DNA of 64,000 nucleotides from a virus (Duplodnaviria; Caudoviricetes): IMG/VR virus record IMGVR_UViG_3300028591_000134, positions 37,233 to 101,232 of that record; one strand, 5' to 3'. Shown piece by piece: positions 24,304 to 32,722 of this stretch (position 1 is its first letter; each line of letters starts with the position of its first letter). The notes under the pieces were generated by a model. It saw only the letters and a program-made list of their open reading frames with translations, ran no database searches and was not told where the DNA came from. The position numbers and the translations under genes were made by a program.

Positions 24304-24939
24304 CTAATCCTCGTCAATAGTTACAACAACTTCTTTCGGGGTCACGATCTTGGCCTTCATCTCCATGTAGCGCTTAACTACATTGTTGTTGGAGTTGATG
24401 GTGTTCACGAGCAGGGTCTCCTGGTCTGACAGATACTTCTTCAGAGCACGCACCTCTGCGAGATAAGTCTCGTTCAGAGCATTTGCACGGCGAACTGCCT
24501 CGTTGGGGATAGCGAAGATACGCTTCTCACCTTTGAGTGCATCAGCAAATGCCTGATCGTCAGAGTTGTCAGAGAAGATGTTCTGACCCATGCCAACAGG
24601 GATGGTTACAGACTGGTCGAACTCCTGGTCGCCAACGGTCTTCTTCATGTCCTTGTTGATGTATACAACAGGCTTCATGTGGTCCGAGCCGTCACTGATC
24701 TGACCATATTCGAGTTTAATGACTGGCACACCAGACACCTTTATGCGCTGTACGCCACGGTTAAGCCACAGGGCACCAGTAGTCGATGCCTCAATTGTCT
24801 TCTGTGCGAAGTTTTTATCACACTGTTCCTTTGCGGGTTTGTAATAGTTGCCACAGAAAGTGGAACCTACGAGAGACAGCTCCTGAATATTGTTTGCAAT
24901 CAGGTTAGCGTCTACGTTAATTGTTGTTTTTTCTACCAT
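24304..24939 (-). CDS. Hypothetical protein ending in tandem TAG TAG
   Basis: 211-aa ORF with strong codon bias. Confidence 0.8.
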   Translation of the reverse strand: MVEKTTINVDANLIANNIQELSLVGSTFCGNYYKPAKEQCDKNFAQKTIEASTTGALWLNRGVQRIKVSGVPVIKLEYGQISDGSDHMKPVVYINKDMKKTVGDQEFDQSVTIPVGMGQNIFSDNSDDQAFADALKGEKRIFAIPNEAVRRANALNETYLAEVRALKKYLSDQETLLVNTINSNNNVVKRYMEMKAKIVTPKEVVVTIDED

Positions 24940-24949
24940 TTTAATAATG

Positions 24950-26890
24950 TCCTTTTTGATATCGTCCTTGATTGAACCAACGACATCATTGTTATTTACT
25001 ATGCACTTTTAGGCAGTGCGTTCTTAGCCTGTGAAGAAAAATTTGTGTTCTTGATTATTTGATACGGATACCAGATACTATGTAAGTTTCCTGTACTGTG
25101 CTGGTAGTCCTACCAGCCGCTTTTTACTCCCGCATTTTAGTATATACTGTAAAGACAATATATACAGGAATCCAACGGTAGGATTAGCTGAGCCATTCAA
25201 TACGGAGAATCCCATTCTTAAAGCTTTGAACGACAGTTTCCCATTCAAGGGATATAATCTTGAACAAAGTTTTATAAAATAAAACTGACTGGAGATGTTA
25301 GCCCCCAGGTGCTTTGCTCGTTGGCGGCATTTCATTACTGACTACCGTTCGTAGAGCCCAAAAAGACATGATTTCAATGTATTTTCCAGTTACAAAAGAA
25401 ATCACGGTGTATGTTTTCTGATTATTATTCAAGCCTAACAGCTAACATACAAAACGTGCTTGTTTCCTGTTTTCGACCAAATTAGATATTCTACGTGAGG
25501 AGTACGTTTCATTATCGGACAGTCTGTGAGCTCCAAAACTCATTCGACCCTACGGCTTTTTGTTGTGCATTCAGCTTTGCTGCTGTCTTCTGTTTATAGT
25601 GCGCGAATATGAGGAATTCAACCTATACATTATCTACTTTTGTCACCCACTTTACCTTCTTTTCACCATCGCGAGACAGGCGACAGCGCGGTCCTGCATA
25701 CGATTATATCACTGCGTCTAATCAGTTGGTAAAGCTGCCTTGTAAGTATTATTGTATTAGCTTCTACCTTTCGGGGTACATATAGATTTGCAGTCTATAC
25801 TTTATCCTGGTTAGCATCATAACGGTTGGCACTCGGTCTGACTCAATATAAAATGGCTACCTCTCCATCCCATACAACAGGTGGAAACGGCTTACTACTC
25901 CGCTTTTAGGGCGTAATATATCTATCAGGGGACCTCCAATTTTTTGTTAAACATGTTTACGATTCTCATTCCTATGGCTTACTTTATACTTTATCTTTAC
26001 GTACGCTCAAAGCTGTTTCCAATGCAGAGTTGAGTTTATTTAAAGTTTGTATTATCCTATCCATGTAAGGTAAGGCGGATCTCTTTCAGCACTGGAATAT
26101 GCTGTGTCGAATCGGCCGTATAATATTTGTGTGTCTGACTGTCAGGTAGTCACCCAAGGTACGTTTTGCGGAAAGTATTACAGATCGTCTACCATCTGTA
26201 AGAGACTGTCTACCATCAGACTTATGAACGCGGTCTCGTGGCGCTATATACTTGCATCGTATATCTGGTCATTTTGCTTTTATATCCCCGCACAAACGAC
26301 CAAAGCTAGGCGGGCACATGTACAAACGTATCTCAATATCATACCCCATCCCCGGACCCCTGGTGTGGGTCAGCAGAGGTTGTGGAATCGAACCACTAGG
26401 ACTCTCAGATATTACGTAGTTACGGTACGCATTCCAGTAGAATTCTGGCAATCAATGATACTCCATGTAATTTTCACCCCTTCATATACCGCTTGGAACG
26501 GTAGAACACTAGGCTAAGACTTACGAATAAAAGGAACCTTTTCCAGTATGCATCATGTTAGGGTTGGTGTCTAATATGTTTCAACTCGTGTCTCGTTATG
26601 CCATCTTTATGCATTCTCAAGATGGTTTGTCCGATACGGTGCGTTTCTCGGCATCGTCCGCTGACATGCTTCAGGCGTCTTCCTTACTAATACCCCACAC
26701 TTCTATGAGTCTGGCAAGAGCATAAAGGACTCTGCTGGTATGTATTAGTGTTAGGGTTGATACAACGCTCTCCCTAATACCAAGGAGCTTTTCACACTCA
26801 CGAGGTCTTCCACAGTAACTTTTGGATTTTTGTCTTTGGGACTCACCATATCTTCCTGTCAAGTAAATATGCAGACTAATGAGATCTGTT
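24950..26890 (-). ncRNA. Candidate very large structured non-coding RNA (one or two RNAs)
   Basis: ~1.95 kb with no credible ORF inside a dense operon; many hairpins, including a T-loop hairpin at 26382-26396. Confidence 0.55.
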
Positions 26891-26891
26891 C

Positions 26892-27392
26892 TTATGGCTC
26901 CTTAAGCCCGTCGATTTCAATTGGTTGTACTGGTGTTATAACGGTTGACGATGAATAGACTTTTTCGCCATCGACGAAAAGTATCACATCTGCCGATTTA
27001 GACGGCAATTCATCTGGGGTAAACACCTTCCGATCCCCATTCCGAATTTTGTTGTTAACGGATACGCTATCTTTAGCATTAAGCATTTCGATAGGGACAT
27101 AAATTGTATCGGTCACGTATTCAGGCTCGGAGACCTTTATACGTTTTGTGTTAGTAACTTGAACTTTAACAGTGTCATGTTTGGTAACATAGACAGTGTC
27201 TGTTTTTCCAGCTCCCGTATCAGGATATATACGAATTGGGAGTACTGGACGTTGTCCGATAATTTCTACATTAGGAATATTAGCGGCGCTCATTGTGTTC
27301 TGTGGAACAACAACGAGTTCTCCGACTTGGGTTAACTGATAACCTGCTATTGCAAGTAACATACACCCAAGAGCGGTCAATGTCTTTTTCAT
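26892..27392 (-). CDS. Secreted or membrane-anchored hypothetical protein
   Basis: N-terminal signal/TM segment MKKTLTALGCMLLAIAGY; DTVYV repeats. Confidence 0.75.
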   Translation of the reverse strand: MKKTLTALGCMLLAIAGYQLTQVGELVVVPQNTMSAANIPNVEIIGQRPVLPIRIYPDTGAGKTDTVYVTKHDTVKVQVTNTKRIKVSEPEYVTDTIYVPIEMLNAKDSVSVNNKIRNGDRKVFTPDELPSKSADVILFVDGEKVYSSSTVITPVQPIEIDGLKEP

Positions 27393-27427
27393 AACTTTGA
27401 TAGTTAGTCGCTAACTGATCCGTAATA

Positions 27428-27538
27428 GCGGTCCAAAAGACCATTGTAAGCTCGTCTGCATTTATTAAACAAGTTAGCTACTCTTGCTTTTATGCTACGA
27501 ATAGGATGTTTTCTTCTGAACCGCGTTATGCGTTTTTT
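27428..27538 (-). promoter_or_regulatory. Programmed -1 ribosomal frameshift signal
   Basis: In-frame A_AAA_AAC (27538-27532), 7-nt spacer, 13-bp stem 27524-27512 / 27440-27428; the -1 frame is open for 42 codons to TAA at 27406-27404. Confidence 0.7.
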
Positions 27539-28998
27539 GTTTCAGAAGCCTTCTGTTCCTTCTTACGTTCAGTATAAGCCTTCTTAAGTTCCTTAATGAG
27601 CTCAGCCTTCTCTTCTTCTGGACGTTCCTCAAGGTCGGAGATATTAATAAGTCCGACGTCTGGACGACGAGATCCTGCTTCACGGAACAGGTTGATAATG
27701 TGATAGCCGTATTGCTGGATATTGCTAGCCAGGTTACGGTAGTCAGTAGTGGATAGCGGCTTACCATAATATGTCTTACATATCAGGTTGAACGTCTTGT
27801 TTGCGTTCTGACACTCCGGTGTCATCGTGCCGCCTTCATCGAACTTTGAACCAATGTTCTTTAATAGATTGTCGATTTCATCGGTACTTGGAGACGAGAT
27901 GTAACCGATAATGTTGGTATAATGTTCGATTTGTTTCTTGCACGCCTCGATCTCTGCAGCGTTCTTCTTGGCATCGAGGTTTTCGATAGCCTTCTCGTTA
28001 CTCTCGATGTTGGTATTGCAACACCAAGTGACGATGCTACGCACACAATATGCGAGCTCCTGGTCGTTCAACACAGGTTCTCCAGTGTTCTTGTCGCGTA
28101 CTGCATCTCTGAAGATAACGAAGGCATGAACAGGATTCTTCTCGATAGCGGCAACAGTTGCCATACCCTTACCGATACCAGAGAAGAAAATCGAGGGCTT
28201 GATGTAGTGGAACAGATCGTCCAGCCAATCTCCGGAATTATAGGACTCAAACTTCTTCTTAGCGTCATCGGCATTCTCGGCCAGCGAGGCTTCATGGAGG
28301 CGAAATCGTTTCATGAAATCAATTCCATCAGTCAGAGTGTCTATAATCTTGTAAGACTTCTGGAGGAACTTGTATTCAAGAGCCTTGCGTAGGTCCTCTT
28401 CAGACGTAATCTTCTCAGGGTCAAGTTCGGGAACTGCGCCCTTACGAATCTCATCTTCTTTCTTTATGGCGGCTTTGGTTTCCTCAGGAATTGTTACATC
28501 CTTTGCCGGAATCATCACCGTACCTTCTGCGGTTCCTGCAGGTAGAGCCTTAATATCAGGCAACTTGAAGCCGATTTCCTCTGCGGCTGCAACAAGGCTC
28601 GGATAAGCTTGGGTGTTGAGTACAGCTGCAAACGAATCTTCTCCGTTGACCGAATGGTCTGCCAGCGTACAGAGGATGCCGACAGCAACAATCTTGTTGA
28701 CTTTGATTGCGGTATCCTTCGGAAACTGCAAGTCTGGATCGCGCTCTTCTACAAATACACGGTGTGCAAGGTCCAGTGCGCGTACTGTTGCGTCAGGAGA
28801 CAAACTTCCACGTCTTCCGCTACGGTTGAGGATTCTTTCGGGGTTCATCGCAGTTGCTATTACCTGAGCATCCTCTACTGTCTCTTCTTTCTTAGCAGCT
28901 GGTTTCTCTGTAGTCTTCTCTGCAGGCTTCGGTGCGGCTGCAGGAATCTTTACTGTCTTCTTTTGCTCTTTCTTAGGAGCATTTTTAATCTTAGCCAT
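27526..28998 (-). CDS. Hypothetical 490-aa protein with Lys/Ala/Pro-rich N-terminus; likely has a frameshift-extended isoform
   Basis: Long ORF with strong codon bias. Confidence 0.85.
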   Translation of the reverse strand: MAKIKNAPKKEQKKTVKIPAAAPKPAEKTTEKPAAKKEETVEDAQVIATAMNPERILNRSGRRGSLSPDATVRALDLAHRVFVEERDPDLQFPKDTAIKVNKIVAVGILCTLADHSVNGEDSFAAVLNTQAYPSLVAAAEEIGFKLPDIKALPAGTAEGTVMIPAKDVTIPEETKAAIKKEDEIRKGAVPELDPEKITSEEDLRKALEYKFLQKSYKIIDTLTDGIDFMKRFRLHEASLAENADDAKKKFESYNSGDWLDDLFHYIKPSIFFSGIGKGMATVAAIEKNPVHAFVIFRDAVRDKNTGEPVLNDQELAYCVRSIVTWCCNTNIESNEKAIENLDAKKNAAEIEACKKQIEHYTNIIGYISSPSTDEIDNLLKNIGSKFDEGGTMTPECQNANKTFNLICKTYYGKPLSTTDYRNLASNIQQYGYHIINLFREAGSRRPDVGLINISDLEERPEEEKAELIKELKKAYTERKKEQKASETKNA

Positions 28999-29060
28999 TT
29001 TGATAATGTCTTTTTTGTTTGTTAATACTCAGTTTACTACTCTCATAAGAATGACGTATG

Positions 29061-29483
29061 TCATGATGTGTCAAACGGCATTCCCGGTGTTCCTTTGTTT
29101 TGCGGGTTGAGTTGGTGTGGTTGTCCTCGGATTTCCCTCGAAGACTTACTCAGAGCAATGTCATAACTACTGTCACGCACAGGGACTTCTGTAACCTTAC
29201 TCGCAGGTTTTGCCTCAAAGGCTAGGGCGTCGCCCAGCATAGCATAGAAGTCAATGCAATCTGCTGGGGACACCTGCGTGGGATTATACACCTGTGTAGT
29301 CATGACGTCCTTCTTGCTATCAGTTGTCGTGGACAGCTTCTTAGCAATAGCTCCACCTGCCATTCCAGCTAGCAATGAGATTACTAGCATCCAAAATAGG
29401 TTGTCGTTCTTATGGTATTTGCTAATTGCATAGCAAACCGCAATAAGACCTATAGTGGACAAGATGGTTAATACGGTCGTCAT
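29061..29483 (-). CDS. Two-TM membrane protein directly downstream of the sigma factor
   Basis: Two hydrophobic N-terminal segments; ATGA overlap with the sigma gene. Confidence 0.75.
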   Translation of the reverse strand: MTTVLTILSTIGLIAVCYAISKYHKNDNLFWMLVISLLAGMAGGAIAKKLSTTTDSKKDVMTTQVYNPTQVSPADCIDFYAMLGDALAFEAKPASKVTEVPVRDSSYDIALSKSSREIRGQPHQLNPQNKGTPGMPFDTS

Positions 29484-30043
29484 AATTTTAATTTTTTAAT
29501 GATTTTTCTCATCCTGAACAAATTACTTTTTACAGTATTGACAGGAATCTTCAAAGTTTTAGCAATTTGTGCAACTGTTAAATTGTCTACGTAAAATAGT
29601 TTACAAGATTCTCGATACGATGGAGGTATCTTGTTAAATAGCTCAACTAAATAATTGTAAGTCATACGATTAGTGATGCTTACTTCATCATCTCCGCTAA
29701 CGTCTCTGAGTTGCAACTTGTTTTCTTTGTCGTCAGCAGACACGTTAATACTATTTCCTAAACTACGCAAATAATCTATAGCTGTATTCTTTGCTAAAAT
29801 ACGCAGCCATCCTCCAAAGGAGTCATAGCGCGTAAACATCGAGAGTTTTTCGTATACTTTTACAAACACGTCGTTGGTTAAATCTCGTGCTTCGTCGTAG
29901 TCGTTCAAATAACTGAATAAGACTTTCTCGACGAACGACTTATATCTGTAGAATATACGATTAAAGGCCTTCATTGATCCAGCCTGAGCATCTTTGATAG
30001 TCTTAATCTCTTCAGGTGTAATCCTTGGAGTTTTTATAGACAT
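29480..30043 (-). CDS. ECF-type sigma-70 factor
   Basis: Region 2 AF..IFYRY...DEARDLTNDVFVKVY...FGGWL.ILAKNTAIDYLR; region 4 LTVAQIAKTLKIPVNTVKSNLFR. Confidence 0.92.
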   Translation of the reverse strand: MSIKTPRITPEEIKTIKDAQAGSMKAFNRIFYRYKSFVEKVLFSYLNDYDEARDLTNDVFVKVYEKLSMFTRYDSFGGWLRILAKNTAIDYLRSLGNSINVSADDKENKLQLRDVSGDDEVSITNRMTYNYLVELFNKIPPSYRESCKLFYVDNLTVAQIAKTLKIPVNTVKSNLFRMRKIIKKLKL

Positions 30044-30130
30044 ACCAAACAAATTAAAGATTAGAATAACGATAGAGTACACTACCGAGTGGTTATTAAC
30101 CTCATAGAGATGTGACAGACACTAGCTGTA

Positions 30131-30174
30131 TGGTGGGCTGTGAGGAATACGAATCCCCTTTACGTTGTCAGCCC
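30131..30174 (-). ncRNA. tRNA minihelix-like element (acceptor + T arm + ACCA)
   Basis: GGGCTG-ACAACGTAAA-GGGGA-TTCGTAT-TCCTC-A-CAGCCC-ACCA. Confidence 0.55.
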
Positions 30175-30596
30175 TAAAAAGGTAAATCTTCATTTATGAT
30201 ACATATATAATCATGCAGAAGATTGTGTGTCATGTTATCGCAGAACTTAGCTATGATATTATGTTCTACATTGCATTTATACAATCTTGAACTAGCTATC
30301 CTTATAAGTACGTCCAACGTCTTATAATTAAACATGGCAGATTTATCTAATATCTCTGCTTTTAGCCACGATAGTACAGATGATACTTCTTGGTTGTAGA
30401 TAGCTATTTTTTCTTCATTGCTTATATCCCACGGAACATCAGGTTGATTAAAAGGGGCAAATGTGCTAATGTTATTTAACAATATCCATTTGTCTCCATC
30501 TTTCCATCTTTTTTCTGCAAGTCTGTATTTGTCTTGCAGACGCATGCCAGCTGGAAATATGTCGTTAAATAAAGTTGGCTTGTTTGTCAAATCCAT
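30174..30596 (-). CDS. Hypothetical protein ending EDLPF, TAG stop
   Basis: 140-aa ORF. Confidence 0.7.
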   Translation of the reverse strand: MDLTNKPTLFNDIFPAGMRLQDKYRLAEKRWKDGDKWILLNNISTFAPFNQPDVPWDISNEEKIAIYNQEVSSVLSWLKAEILDKSAMFNYKTLDVLIRIASSRLYKCNVEHNIIAKFCDNMTHNLLHDYICIINEDLPF

Positions 30597-31005
30597 TTAC
30601 TAGCTTGATTATTTGCTCCTCGTTTGTTTTGAATTCATACGTTAGTGCACGTATTATCTTGAATGGAGAAACTCCTTGTTGGCACAATCGATAATACATA
30701 CTACGAATGGCTATAACATCCTCTTCAGATGCGTATAAGCTCGTTACGCCTGTGAATTCGTTCTTTTTAATGTTGGAAAATACATTGTCCACTCTCATTC
30801 TAGTAAACAGCCATCTTTGATGCATGAGTTCCATGTTGTCTAAGATGGTCTTGTCTACCGCTTTGGTTTTACCAGACCTGAGGAATTCTCCTAAGTCTAG
30901 CGCGTTCTTATCCAACGTTAATGTTGGATACACACCTTTGACCTTAACTACGTAAAGGTCATCTTCTCGTTGGGCTAAATATACACCCGAATACTCTGGA
31001 AACAT
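30565..31005 (-). CDS. Hypothetical protein
   Basis: 146-aa ORF in operon context. Confidence 0.7.
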   Translation of the reverse strand: MFPEYSGVYLAQREDDLYVVKVKGVYPTLTLDKNALDLGEFLRSGKTKAVDKTILDNMELMHQRWLFTRMRVDNVFSNIKKNEFTGVTSLYASEEDVIAIRSMYYRLCQQGVSPFKIIRALTYEFKTNEEQIIKLVNGFDKQANFI

Positions 31006-31009
31006 AAGA

Positions 31010-31528
31010 TTAAAATGATTTAATTATGTAATCTGCTAACTTACTTGTTAGATGATATTTATCCATTAAGATTGTCTTTATGGTTATTTCATCAATACCC
31101 CAACTTTTAGCGCTTTCGTATGTCGATTGCATTGCTATATATGTTGTTCTAAACCATTCGACCCAAGAATTAACACTTTCCCAGTATTGGTGCATGTCTT
31201 TATCTAAGGATTTCCAGTCTATTGTATCTTTGAATTTCATAAGTAAATCATCTTTAGGTATATTATATGCCATGTCTTTTGTTACAGGCAATAGTTTTAC
31301 ATACCTAAAATAATCATATACTTCCATACGTGTATACTGCTGTTTTATTCCTAAAAGGATTTTAACAATAGTACCTCGTTTAGCTACTGGATATTTTTTC
31401 ACTATATTTTCATATACGTGATTAATCCAGCGGTCTTTAGCTTTACACCAACGCAATGCCAAATCATACATTTTTGGCATTCTGTCTCTAATCATTAGTT
31501 TGTAACTACCTTTCATATGCTTTGGCAT
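31010..31528 (-). CDS. Hypothetical protein
   Basis: 172-aa ORF in operon context. Confidence 0.7.
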   Translation of the reverse strand: MPKHMKGSYKLMIRDRMPKMYDLALRWCKAKDRWINHVYENIVKKYPVAKRGTIVKILLGIKQQYTRMEVYDYFRYVKLLPVTKDMAYNIPKDDLLMKFKDTIDWKSLDKDMHQYWESVNSWVEWFRTTYIAMQSTYESAKSWGIDEITIKTILMDKYHLTSKLADYIIKSF

Positions 31529-31532
31529 TTAG

Positions 31533-31605
31533 TGGCCCATCGGGGATTCGAACCCCGGGCACGTAGATTAAAAATCTACTGCTCTACCAGCTGAGCTAAT
31601 GGACC
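31533..31605 (-). tRNA. tRNA-Lys(UUU)
   Basis: GGTCCAT/ATGGGCC, GTAGA-TTTTTAA-TCTAC, CGGGG-TTCGAAT-CCCCG. Confidence 0.93.
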
Positions 31606-31805
31606 GAATGGAGGATATAGGCGGGGTGAATAGCGTTTTTACACATCATTGAAGTCGCGAAACTTATTATTAATTATGTTTTGCCCATCGATCCTCCATA
31701 GTGGGGAATGTGGGACTCGAACCCACACGGTCAAATGACCAAGGGATTTTCTTACTACTACAATTTTCATTGCCATTTCTGTTTGTAGTCTGGACTATCT
31801 CTTAA

Positions 31806-32417
31806 TCATGCTGCTGTGCGCAGTTTAGATTCTCCGTGTATAGTCTCTGCACCTTCCTCATAGAGGCTTGGCTCAGGATTGCCATCAGCATCATCTGTTA
31901 AGGTTTCCCTGAATTTACGGAGTTCTACTTTACAAATTTCTTTGTAAGCACTCAAATTTTTACCACGATAGTTATCTGTTAAAGCATGACAATTAGGACA
32001 AAGTATTTGCAGATTTTCGATTCTTAAATCGTTTTTTACTCCATTTTTATGATGAAGTTCTAACGAAATAGGTTTTCCCATCCACATTCTCAAACCGCAA
32101 CATTCACATTGTGGTTCCTTTATTCCTTCATTGAGTAATCTTTGTTTTAAGTGATTTGTATTTATAAAACTAGAATTCTCAACTAAAATTTCATTTAAAG
32201 GACGTGCTGGTTTAATTATTCTAAAATTTTCACCAACGTTCCATACTTGCCCTGTCATGTGACTAGTGTCTAAATTTAATTCTTTTATCTTTCTTTTTAC
32301 AGTATCGTAGTTACTTCCTGCAACTTTTAATCCGAGTTTTCTTATAACTTCGGCATATGATAAACTTGATTTTACAGCTTCTATAAACTGTTCATCGTTC
32401 CATTTACGTTTTTTCAT
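31806..32417 (-). CDS. Intron-encoded HNH homing endonuclease
   Basis: CECCG...LELHHKNG..NDLRIENLQILCPNCH. Confidence 0.92.
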   Translation of the reverse strand: MKKRKWNDEQFIEAVKSSLSYAEVIRKLGLKVAGSNYDTVKRKIKELNLDTSHMTGQVWNVGENFRIIKPARPLNEILVENSSFINTNHLKQRLLNEGIKEPQCECCGLRMWMGKPISLELHHKNGVKNDLRIENLQILCPNCHALTDNYRGKNLSAYKEICKVELRKFRETLTDDADGNPEPSLYEEGAETIHGESKLRTAA

Positions 32418-32436
32418 GGCATACGTTTTTTATTAT

Positions 32437-32465
32437 TAACGTATGTGTCTACCATATTAGTTGCA
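32437..32465 (-). promoter_or_regulatory. TGCAAC-N18-CGTTA promoter for the intron HNH gene
   Basis: Same motif and spacing as 32933, 43203 and 43256; lies ~20 nt upstream of the ATG. Confidence 0.7.
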
Positions 32466-32513
32466 ATAGTTTAGCATAAGTCCCTTGCGGCTACCTTTAC
32501 GCCAAAACCCCAT

Positions 32514-32571
32514 TGGAGTGAGTCCAGGATTCGAACCTGGCGCATCCTGGGATGCCCAATTTAACTCACTC
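32514..32571 (-). ncRNA. D-armless tRNA-like element ending CCA
   Basis: AGTGAGT/ACTCACT, GCATC-CCAG-GATGC, CCAGG-TTCGAAT-CCTGG. Confidence 0.65.
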
Positions 32572-32722
32572 TACACAGGCACTTAGGTAGCCTGTACACC
32601 GACTTTACGCTGCCTCCTTGAGGCCCGTATAGTCTGCAATGTTCATATTGCCGTTTATAAATATCAAAGCGCTTGTCTTATGACTGTCTTACTTTCCACT
32701 GCTGTCAAATCCAGTCAGGCCC
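32572..32722 (-). ncRNA. ssrA: tmRNA coding piece (permuted two-piece tmRNA); tag GNMNIADYTGLKEAA*
   Basis: 5' GGGCCTGACTGGATTTGACAG; ATAAAC-GGC resume context; tag ORF 32652-32605 ends in AA. The 3' boundary is approximate. Confidence 0.85.

Larger units (their letters stand above)
31751..32477 (-). mobile_element. Group I intron inserted after U34 of tRNA-Leu(UAA)
   Basis: 5' exon ends in U and intron ends in G; guide TTTGAGT (31956-31950); core elements AAATTCAGGGAA, AATCCTGAGC, GCAGAGACTA, GAGATAGTCC. Confidence 0.88.
31702..32511 (-). tRNA. tRNA-Leu(UAA) split by a group I intron (exons 32511-32478 and 31750-31702)
   Basis: Joined exons give AGGGA-CTTAAAA-TCCCT, a long variable arm and GTGGG-TTCGAGT-CCCAC; the acceptor stem has two U-U mismatches. 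Confidence 0.85.

Noticed and set aside
24950-26890. Small ORFs, a recoded gene or a group II intron explaining the long gap
   Set aside because: The ORFs are short, lie on both strands and are not protein-like. No RT gene or clear intron boundaries were seen.
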